From Antechinus flavipes (taxonomy: Eukaryota), in the NCBI RefSeq assembly GCF_016432865.1, contig NC_067401.1:264616001-264680000 (forward strand): 64,000 nt of DNA. Reading direction: 5' to 3'. Both the position numbers and the translations under genes were made by a program. How positions within the stretch are numbered: the stretch's first letter is position 1; each line of letters begins with the position of its first letter. Shown here in pieces: positions 42,429 through 51,976 of this stretch. The notes under the pieces were generated by a model, which was not told where the DNA came from, did no database searches, and saw only the letters and a program-made list of their open reading frames with translations.

Positions 42429-42612
42429 TGTAATGGGCTGAGGCTTGAGTTGATGCACTGAGGTCCCAAGCACATGAGGCTAAATAGTAATTGGACCATA
42501 CTCTATTAATAGATAAGCTTGGAGAGAGAATGGCCCCCACCCACTCTTTGTGCAAGTCCTGATGTGTTATAGGAAATGATGATTTTGGTGGGTGGAGGCA
42601 GGGGAGTGGAAA
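42429..42612 (+). repeat. Left arm: first 184 bp of the ERV LTR (U3 side)
   Basis: Collinear with 19884-~20070; differs from the right arm by 4 substitutions and a 2-bp indel. Confidence 0.95.
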
Positions 42613-42687
42613 TGGTAGCAGAGGATGGTTTCGATCCATCGACCTCTGGGTTATGGGCCCAGCACGCTTCCGCTGCGCTACTATGCT
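42613..42687 (-). tRNA. tRNA-iMet-CAT: Initiator tRNA-Met (CAT) full-length copy with 3' CCA, probably a retrocopy/pseudogene
   Basis: Reverse complement AGCATAGTAGCGCAGCGGAAGCGTGCTGGGCCCATAACCCAGAGGTCGATGGATCGAAACCATCCTCTGCTACCA (75 nt) equals vertebrate tRNAiMet except G5>T and G9>A; anticodon at 42653-42655. Confidence 0.97.
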
Positions 42688-42710
42688 ATTACATTATATG
42701 GAAGGGGAGG

Positions 42711-42785
42711 AGATGGCTCAGTGGATAGAGCACTAGCCTTGAAGTCAAGAGGACCTGAGTTCAAATCCAGCCTCAGACACTTAAC
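42711..42785 (+). mobile_element. tRNA-derived head of a WSINE1/MAR1-type CORE-SINE, 3'-truncated, followed by A-rich aaacagaaaaa
   Basis: A-box TGGCTCAGTGG 42714-42724, B-box GAGTTCAAATCC 42757-42768, ...gcctcagacacttaac; no CORE follows. Confidence 0.9.
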
Positions 42786-42796
42786 AAACAGAAAAA

Positions 42797-43037
42797 GTGA
42801 GCTGAGCCAACCGTGGCAATGGCAATCCCAAAAGTCTCTCCTCCCCTTCCTTTTCCACTCCCCTGCCTCCACCCACCAAAATCGTCATTTCCTATACAAC
42901 ACATCAGGACTTGCACAAAGAGTGGGTGGGGGCCATTCTCTCTCCAAGCATATATATTAATAGACTATGGTCCAATTACTATTTAGCCTCATGTGCTTGG
43001 GACCTCAGTGCATCAACTCAAGCCTCAGCCCATTACA
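42797..43037 (-). repeat. Right arm: first ~241 bp of the same LTR, inverted
   Basis: Reverse complement begins TGTAATGGGCTGAGGCTTGAG and extends to ...GCTCAGCTCAC; 12 differences from the solo LTR over the first ~184 bp, more diverged beyond. Confidence 0.95.
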
Positions 43038-44921
43038 TTTTATCATATTTGTTTATATTATTCTGAGTTTACATTATTTAACTAATTATCAATTATCCTC
43101 ACTAGAGTTCCAAAGGAATCTAAGACAGAAATAAAAAGGTTAAGAATACTTGTTGTTTACTTGGACCAGAGTACAACCACAATTTAAGGGCTCTCCTTCT
43201 CAGTCTAATGTGTTATATAATTCTTCCTATTTGTGTAGTATTAATATTTTTTTTTTGCAAAAGAACATAATCACTTGGAATATTTTAGTTTGCCTATTAA
43301 AAGTCAAAGATTTACTTTTCCTTTGTAACTTTTGTGAGAAGCTTTATTGTACAGATTCTAACATTCTACCCTGTACCCTGAAATAAGACACTTACCAAGG
43401 TCACTGAATGTATTCCAAAACTAAGTTGTTCAAAGACCAACCATCAATTCATAAATATGTTCCATAAGTTCAAACTGTACTTTAGTGAATCAACTTCCTA
43501 CTAACTAATTAATTAAGAATTAAACATTTTTTTTCTATACTGTATAAACAAGAAACAGGCTCCAAATTATATCACTCCAAAAATTTACCAGATCTTACCC
43601 TCCAGAGATATGTAATCTTATGTTTATTATGGAGAAATTAATACTCATTACAAGCACAGGAGAAACTTCCTGTTGACCTTGATTTACCCTTCAACAACCT
43701 CCCAACCCTCCCCTGGGAACCACATTCGATTCAGATTTTACTTCGTCATTGTTCTTATTACATCATCTCCCATTTAGAGAATATTTGCTTCTAAATGTTA
43801 GGCAACCAGCAGGGGACAATCATCTTTGTAGCTTCTGAGAACAGCCCCTTTAATCCAGGAAAATGTCCACCAATTTTTTTTTTTAATTGTTCTCTAGTAA
43901 CCTACAATTTTTATTCCTTGGAGGTTGTGGGATTCCATGGTTTGCAACCATTTGATAAAATTTTAACATTATTGGGTGAGACATGATCCCTGATTTTTTT
44001 TTTCCCATTTTTAGCATGGACTCCCAGTGGCAGAGGGATTCCTTTTACAGTCTCTAGATTCTCCTTTTTTGGCAATTGATAAAAAAAAAAAAAGGGATGA
44101 TTGCAAACAAGTCCAAGAATCCTTTAGATTCTTTTAAACATGACTCAGATTCATACAAAAGAATTTGACTAATTATCAACAATTTAAAAATGACTATATA
44201 ATATGAAATACTCAGATAATGTCTACGTGAACTTGAGTTGACAGATTATAGAATTATCTTTTAGTATAAGCATCTTTGATACATTTTAAAGATGGATAAT
44301 AACAGTCCATAATTGACTGAAAATAGAAATGGACCTAAGAGCCTCCTGAAATTAAAAGGTACTTGAAATGACCCATTTTCCCCTGAAACAAAACCAAGCA
44401 TTTTGGGGGTTGTTTTTGTTTTTCAATCGAAAAATACTTGGCATACTTAGCAATAATGATTTATAACTTCAACTGATAATAAAACATTAACACAGGAGTA
44501 TAAAAAGTCATTTTCATGCAGAAGTATAATTCATTATAGATCATTAGGTAAAATATTTCAAAGACTATAGCATAGATATTCAAATATGGACATGGGGTAA
44601 TGTCATTTTTCCTTTATAAATCATAGATCATCTTCTGAAATTTATAATAATGGGGAAGAATGGTTCTAGGTAAGAAATAACAGCTTAGAATCACTGTCAT
44701 TTAAGGCATTTCTTAAAGTATAATTTCCTAGTTTTAATGTCAGGGGGATGATGTGTTCTTAATCTAATTATAATGTCATATATCAGGTTGCTGTCAGGAG
44801 AGAATGACAAATGCCAACATTATTTGAAATAAAAAAAGTATCTGAAATTCAGGAAGCTATACTTTTATTCATTTATTTATTTTTAAATCATCATGTAAGT
44901 GTGTTTGAATAAAAACTTTCT

Positions 44922-45145
44922 AAGTGACACAGTAGATACAGCAATGGATCTAGAGTCAAAAAGTCTTGAATTCAAGACACTTACCAGCTTTGTAACCCTG
45001 TGCAAGTCTGTCTCAGTGTCCACATGTGTACAATAAAGATAATGAAAGCATCTACCTTCCAAGGAATTTTTTTGGGGGGAGGAAAATTACATGAAATGAT
45101 ATTTGCACAGCATTTTATGAACAGTAAAGTATTACATAAATGTTC
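44922..45145 (+). mobile_element. MIR SINE
   Basis: ggatctagagtcaaaaagtcttgaattc...gtaaccctgtgcaagtc...cacagcattttatgaacagtaaag. Confidence 0.65.
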
Positions 45146-45147
45146 TT

Positions 45148-45368
45148 GTTCAGTTATGTTCATTTTTTCATGATTCTATTTGGTGGCAGAGATACTGAAA
45201 TGGTTTGCTACTTCCTTCTCCAGCTTATTTTACAGATGGGGAAATTGAAGCAAGCAGGCTTGAGTAACTTAAATTTACCCAGAGACATAGAGCTAGTAAG
45301 TGATTTGAACTCAGGTGCATCTTGATTTCAGGCCCAGTACCCTATACACTGAGCCATTTGATTTCTCC
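45148..45368 (-). mobile_element. MAR1-like SINE
   Basis: ggcagagatactgaaatggtttgctacttccttctccagc...ttttacagatggggaaattgaagc...gatttgaactc. Confidence 0.78.
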
Positions 45369-45718
45369 TACTATAGGGTTAGCTATATAGCTATAGTTCA
45401 AGTGTAAGCTGACTTCAGGCTGAGAGTTCTTTGATGAGATAGAGTCTTTGGACATGATTTTAAATACATAACTCAAAAGTAAAGTCAGGAGAGAAAAAGA
45501 TTTAATTTATGTCTTTATATCCTCAGAATCTATCACTGGGTTTTGTATAACATGGCAAATAATAAATATTGAGTTGAATTAAATTGAATTATTCACTATG
45601 AATTATATTATAATAAATAGAATTATATAATCTTTTTGGGAATTGAAACTTTCATTATGTTGTCAATATATCACTTCCCCCCCCTCCTCTCTCTCTATAT
45701 ATGTATGTATGTATGTAA

Positions 45719-45723
<5 letters not shown>

Positions 45724-45763
<40 letters not shown>
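45724..45763. repeat. (TG)n microsatellite
   Basis: About 20 perfect units. Confidence 0.97.
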
Positions 45764-45767
<4 letters not shown>

Positions 45768-45900
45768 GCCTTTGAGCATTGATAAATTAATTCAGACTGG
45801 CACTATTAATAGTTTGTGCAACTCCTGTGAAATGGCCATCCTAAACATTTGAAATATCATTGAATTTAACCAATCACTTGAACATTTTTTCAATTTCCAG

Positions 45901-45976
45901 TCTGAGGCCAGATCTAAAATCAGGTTTTTTTGACTCCTGAACCAGTACTCTCACCACTGTACCCACTAGCTGCCTC
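45901..45976 (-). mobile_element. SINE tRNA-derived head fragment
   Basis: tctgaggccagatctaaaatcagg...tgactcctgaaccagtactctcaccactgtacccactagctgcctc. Confidence 0.7.
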
Positions 45977-46999
45977 ACATAAATGCTAGCTATAATAATA
46001 ACAATGTTGTTATTATAATTATTATTGTTATTGTTATTATTATTATGATCAAGTCTGATAATGATATGTTCATTGAACAGACTCAAAAGGAGTTGTTCTA
46101 GAGAGCCCAGGTTAATGTATGTCTAATAGGAAGAACCAGAGAGGGAGAAAAAGATTCAGCAAAGTTCTAGACGCTTAACCTAGATGTATATTTAGAAAAG
46201 TGATATAGAAATCCATTCAGGCAATTTATGGTATAATTCCTCCAATTTACTAATTTGTAATTTAGTTATTTAACTGTCTAAAATGTTTTAACATTCAACC
46301 TGTCTATATACAAATATAAATCAAATTAGAGATATATAACAAATTGTAATATTAATTGGGACCCCCCCAAAATATGTCTGGACAATATGAAGATTTAAGT
46401 GAATTAACTCAATGTGAAATATTCCAATGGAAGAGCTTATGCTCTCAGATGGGTCTCTGCCTCAGCTTTCTCCATAGTAGCTATGATTGTCACAACTGGC
46501 CTCTATTGTGGCAAATCATTTGATATATGCCTCGAGGCAGGGAATGATCTCTGATGGCAAAGATAAAATAGTTTTTAAAAATTTGTTATTTTGTTTTTTG
46601 CAGTCTGAACACACAAAATTGTCACAATCTTTCTAATAGTTGTAGCTATGCACAAACTCTGGGTTAGCTAAATAATTCAGCCACAGAAAGAGAACTCAAT
46701 GTATTATTGCAGTGAATGGCTACATGTGGGGATTCCAATCCCTTCTGAAATTTTATTTTATTCTTTCCCTCTCCTCATACTTGATCAATACATTTCTTCA
46801 GTATTGTGAGAACTAATTTCAAATACAAAAGCATCTTTATTCCTGAATCCTAGCCTAGTGTGAAGCTTGAGAAGAAATGGGGTCAAAATGCTATTGTATT
46901 TTTTGCTAAACCAAATGTCTACCCTGCCTTTGAGAAAATCCAGCTTTCAGCATCAGATAGTTATCAGTTTTGTTGTGGAGATTTAATGAGATAATAATA

Positions 47000-47185
47000 G
47001 CTTTTATTTAACACTTTGAGTTTTACAAAATGATGTCTATGTTATTTTATTTGATTTCTTCAGCAAGCTAATGAGTCAATTACAATTATTACCTCCATAT
47101 TACAGAAGAGGAACCTAGAGGTTGAATAAAGTATCTCATAGCTAGTAAGTATATGAAGCAGTGTTTGAATAATGGTCTTCCTGAG
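47000..47185 (-). mobile_element. MIR SINE (interrupted by the MAR1-like copy)
   Basis: ccatattacagaagaggaacctagagg...catagctagtaagt...gtgtttgaat. Confidence 0.6.
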
Positions 47186-47189
47186 TCTC

Positions 47190-47395
47190 AGCAGATAGGT
47201 GGTAGAGCCTGTCTTAGGGCTAGGAAGACCTGAGTTAAAAATTCATCATTAGACACTTACTATGTGACTCTGGACAAATTGCTTAATCCAGTGTGCCTCA
47301 GTTTCCTCATCTATAAAGTGGGCTGGAAAAGGAGATTACAAACCACTCTAAAATCTTTGCCAACAAAACACCAAAAGGTGTCATGAAGAGTAACT
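47190..47395 (+). mobile_element. MAR1-like SINE
   Basis: ggaagacctgagtt...gtgcctcagtttcctcatctataaagtgggctggaaaaggagattacaaaccactc...gtcatgaagag. Confidence 0.78.
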
Positions 47396-48059
47396 TTGTG
47401 ACTCATTCTCCAAAGCTCTATATCTTGTACCAACTAGTTGGCTAATGACAATATATGTAAAGCACTTTAGGAAAATTAAAGGCTATACAAATGCCAGCTA
47501 TTAGTGCATTCTGTTAACCAATGGCATGGGTGATCTGGTCATTTCTGATGTTCTTAGTCACAAATCTGAATCATCCTCGAGTTCAAGTCAATCATTCACA
47601 TGGTAAACATCTCTTAATACACTTGGAAATGACAACTATATTTAGTTATGTTGCTTTTCTACCAAGGAATATTTAATCCCCATATATATTTAGCTGAAAT
47701 ATACATCTGTTTCAAAACACTTGAAGAAGGCTTTCCAAAAATCTCAATGACAAATCAGAGTGACCTCATTTTTGCTTTATCTGAAATAAAAGCAATGGAA
47801 GTGATATCTCTCCTTATTCCTCTATAAAAACTTAAGAATAAACCACAAAGGTCCACCCTTAGAATGAATACATTTTGGCTGAAGTTTGAATACTTGTATT
47901 TTCCATGAAAAAACATCACGAGACAACATACAGACAGGAAATTTTGGTTAATTTCAACATTCTAAAAAGAGTACAAAATTATCCTTTTTCTCTCTCCCCT
48001 TTCTCCCATAAAATGTTACTATAAGATTATATGTGTTGCTTAAGTATTCCATGGCTTAA

Positions 48060-48320
48060 TAACAAATTAAAATAATGATAATACTAATAAAATAGCATTA
48101 TTATACCATTTAAAATTTGCAAAACAGTTTACAAATATTATTTGGTTTTTTTCTCCCTTACAATAAAAGTGGGAGGTAGGTAAATTATTACCATTACCCA
48201 TTTTACAAATAAGGAACAGAAGCAAACAAGTCCACTAATTTGCCTAGAATCACACAGTTAAATAAGTAAGCAAGGTAAAATTTGAATTTAGTCACATGCT
48301 TAATCCATCCATTGTAACTC
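48060..48320 (-). mobile_element. MIR SINE
   Basis: cccattttacaaataaggaacagaagc...tgcctagaatcacacag. Confidence 0.6.
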
Positions 48321-48744
48321 ATAGTTGCTTCTATATTCTAAGGCAAAATTCATTGTAATCCTATCATCCCTTTACATAATGACTTACAAGTGATTTTTGC
48401 ATAGTCACTTTATATAACATCATTCTGTCTTTGCCACACACCATGTGAACATAAATTAAAGGGAACATATCAGAATGATGTTGCCAATGCTTTTTTGCTC
48501 TCTTGTGTGATTACTGTAATGAAGAGAGGGAAGGAAAAATATATAAAAAGAAACAAGACTCCATTATTTCATTTGAAAGGAGAAAGGAGATAAATTGATA
48601 ACCGTGATTTTTTTTTAAATTGAAATGAAGAACTTGTATAGGAGAACTCTGGAAATGCAGAAGTGCATTTCTTCTATAACTTGTAGATCTAGAGTGTAGT
48701 TGAGGGGCTCCGTGTTAAATGTTGTGTTCATTGTTTCAGAGATA

Positions 48745-48935
48745 GAAAGCAGTGTGACACAGAAAGACAGAAGAGAAAAAAAAAATTGGTTCTAGAGTCA
48801 AAAAACATGCCTCTGACATTTTACAATCTGTGTGACATTAGTCAAAGAGGCTTAAACCTTTTTGAGCCTCAGTTTCCTTATTTGTAAAATGATAGGGAGA
48901 ATTGAACTAAGTCTTTAACTATCCTATTAGATTTA
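48745..48935 (+). mobile_element. MIR SINE
   Basis: ttctagagtc...ttgagcctcagtttccttatttgtaaaatg. Confidence 0.65.
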
Positions 48936-49108
48936 TGTCTCTATGTTATGGAAGCATGATATAAATTTGTCTTACTGATTCTAAGGTAAGCTTTTTATCC
49001 ATTATGCTATTTTTAATTAAAATAAATATGTTTATTGATAGATATCTTCATTCTTCAAATTGTAGCCTATCATAAATTTACAAAGGGAATTTGTCACTCC
49101 CCAATACA

Positions 49109-49109
<1 letters not shown>

Positions 49110-49153
<44 letters not shown>
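49110..49153. repeat. (CA)n microsatellite
   Basis: About 22 perfect units. Confidence 0.97.
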
Positions 49154-49155
<2 letters not shown>

Positions 49156-50728
49156 AGAAACACTTCGAACTGCAGGAAAGGTAAAGATTCAATTTTCTCT
49201 GCTAAGCAACCAGTAGGGTACAGGAGAATATGCTATTGAAGGGGAAATTAGATTTTTTTCTATTACAACATACTTGTATGAAATGGGTATGAAGGTCTTT
49301 ATGCCCTGTCCAAGAAGATTAATTAATAGTCACTCAGATCCTGCCAGATATCACATTGCTTGTCCTTTAGAACATTTTAAATATCACTTCAGATGTCCTA
49401 ATCATTAATTCATAATGGAAATAATAAGAAACATATCTTATTATGCAAATATTTCCAAATTTTGATCAGGAATAAAAGTGAAACTGCAAGAAACATGGAG
49501 TTGCCAACATCTATGTGTTTGAGCTCAGGCATCAGAAGCAAAGGTAGAAATTATTTGTATATTTAATGTGACAAGTACAATGTTTTCCTTAGCACTGATG
49601 TCCATCTAATATATCTGCTGCATGATAAAATGGAATTCTGACCAAAAGAGCTTGTAAGTAGTGGTGTTCTTTGTCAGGAAAATAAGAAACAGGTTGAAAA
49701 AACATTAATAAAAGTTTTTTAAAAGTAGTTTATGATGTCAACACATGCCTTCAGTTCCATGGCCTACATTTATTAAAAAAAATAAATATGCACTTAAGTC
49801 ACACTCATGTCATTAATGTTTAATGTGCAAAGACTGGTTACACATTCTATATTTAATTAAAACACAAAAAGTATGCCTTCCATCTGCACCCTGCCAGTGT
49901 GGAAGGGATTTAGGTACACACAAGAGTACATCTGGTATTCAAATATTGTCAGGAGATTTTTTCTGTAACCATATCAGATATCACATAATTCCTCAGTGCA
50001 GAGTATATATGATACTTTATTTATTAATGTTTAAAGAAGTTTTGAATACTTTTGGTTTCTCAAGCACTTGCTCAGGTTCTGAGTCATGAGAAGGCTTCTT
50101 TTACTCCACATATGTTTTTCCCTTTACTTTGAATTTTTTTTTCCTTTTTAGTGGTAGAAGGGGGTGGAGGGAAATGAAAGCTGGAAATTTCTCCTACTTT
50201 TTTTTTTGGTCCCATCTTTCAAGCACAGATTTGGTGTTTGTGATGTATTTAACATATTTAAAGCATTGAGATATAACCATGACAGCTACCGCTACCACAA
50301 ATAGAAAACTGCAAGCTTTTAAGCAATTCTAAGTGCATTCTTTTCTCAGGCATTTCAACCATTATTTCCTTTCAGTGGAAGATATAAGTAGACCCCTGGG
50401 TAGCTGAGGATTCTCAGTTTTTGGTTCACCCACTAAAAGAAATCAGAATAAATCACAAGGTTCTAAATCCAGAATTGTTTGTGATATAAAAGGTCATCTA
50501 GTCCAACAAACTCATTTTTTTAAGATAAACTGAGTCTTAAATATAGTGAATAACTTTTCCATGGTCACAAAATTAATGACTGGAATTTGTATTTAAACCT
50601 AGGTCCTTTGATGCTAAATCTAACATTATTTCCACTTCATAGCATTGTCTTCCATGTTTTTATTTTTTATATTTGAAGATTATACAATAAGGGATCATTA
50701 TTATTGTGTGGATATATTTTTGATCTTG

Positions 50729-50732
<4 letters not shown>

Positions 50733-50774
<42 letters not shown>
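50733..50774. repeat. (TG)n microsatellite
   Basis: About 21 perfect units. Confidence 0.97.
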
Positions 50775-50778
<4 letters not shown>

Positions 50779-51239
50779 AAGCTGTGGCTAAAAAATAATG
50801 TAGTATGACTTAGCACATAATTCTTGTATCATGAAATTACCTTAATTCTTATGGAGAGCAGAGTAGAGTGGAGTTTGGTTCATGCTTTATGACATATAAT
50901 TTCACTGATCAAAGAATTTAATGAAATCATATTTGTAATAACTTATGCTAACTTTAAAAAACCATATAAATATTAGCTATTGCTATTATTCTTATTATTA
51001 ACAATGGTATACTTAAAAGAGCACAGGGTTAGAAGTCAAGGAACTGGATTTGAATACTGTCTCAATTACTATACATGCAACTTTGGATAAGTGATCAAAA
51101 CTGACTAGATTTCAGTCATCTCTGTGAAATAAATGGTTTGAATCAGTTTTCCCTATAATATACCTTTTAATTCCTGATCTAGGATCTTCTGATACAATGA
51201 ATAGTATAATTGAGTCATAAATTGAAATTGTTTTCACTC

Positions 51240-51742
51240 ATATCCATCAGTTAGAGAATGACTGAACAAGTTATGGGATAAGAATGTTATGGAATATTAC
51301 TGAATATTATTGTTCTATAAGAAACAATCAGCAGGATAATTTCAGAGAGACTTGGAGAGATTTACATGAACTGATGCTAAGTGAAACGAGCAGGACCAGG
51401 AGATCACTGTGCATAGCAACAAGAAGATTATACAATGATCAATTCTTATGGACATGGCTCTTTTCAACAATGAGATGATACAGGTCAGTTCCAATGATCT
51501 TGTGATGAAGAGAGCCATTCATACCCAGAGAGAGGAGTGTAGGAACTGAATGTGGATTACAACATAGCATTTTCACACTTTTTGTTGTTGTTTGCTTGTC
51601 TTTTATTTTCTTTCTATTTTTTTCCTTTTTGATTAGATTTTTCTTGTCCTATGATAATTGTATAAATATGTATGCATATATTGGATTTAACATATTTCTA
51701 CCTTGTTTAACAGATATTGGATTATTTGCCTTCTAGGAGGGG
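51240..51742 (+). mobile_element. L1 3' end (ORF2 C-terminus plus 3' UTR)
   Basis: ORF 51284..51478 contains YYCSIRNNQQDNFRETWRDLHELMLSETSRTRR; T-rich 3' UTR follows. Confidence 0.88.
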
Positions 51743-51806
51743 GTCAATGTTGTTAAATTATCCATTCAAGTGTACCATTGTTCATAATAAGAATAATAGC
51801 AATAGC

Positions 51807-51976
51807 NNNNNNNNNNNNNNNNNNNNNNNNNNNNNNNNNNNNNNNNNNNNNNNNNNNNNNNNNNNNNNNNNNNNNNNNNNNNNNNNNNNNNNNNNNNNNN
51901 NNNNNNNNNNNNNNNNNNNNNNNNNNNNNNNNNNNNNNNNNNNNNNNNNNNNNNNNNNNNNNNNNNNNNNNNNNNN
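51807..51976. other. Assembly gap (170 N)
   Basis: Run of N after aatagcaatagc. Confidence 0.99.

Larger units (their letters stand above)
42429..43037. mobile_element. 609-bp composite insertion: inverted LTR 5' halves enclosing a tRNA-iMet copy and a SINE head; 6-bp TSD TTTTAT
   Basis: Starts TGTAATGGG and ends CCCATTACA; TTTTAT at 42423-42428 and 43038-43043; arms are reverse complements and homologous to the solo LTR at 19884. Confidence 0.92.

Noticed and set aside
42613-42687. Functional tRNAiMet gene
   Set aside because: Encoded CCA, an acceptor-stem mismatch at 5:68, no T-run terminator and embedding in LTR sequence indicate a retrocopy.
42349-42960. ORFs 42349..42639(-), 42625..42960(+), 42681..42872(-) and the similar ORFs at 19921-20263 sharing HQDLHKEW.GAILS
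   Set aside because: The shared peptides are translations of homologous LTR DNA, tRNA and SINE. There is no protein-family motif.
42429-43037. Ordinary DNA-transposon MITE (hAT, Tc1/mariner, piggyBac)
   Set aside because: The inverted repeats are the 5' half of a bona fide LTR with AATAAA and TG...CA ends elsewhere in the window. A 6-bp TSD does not fit hAT (8 bp), TA or TTAA rules.
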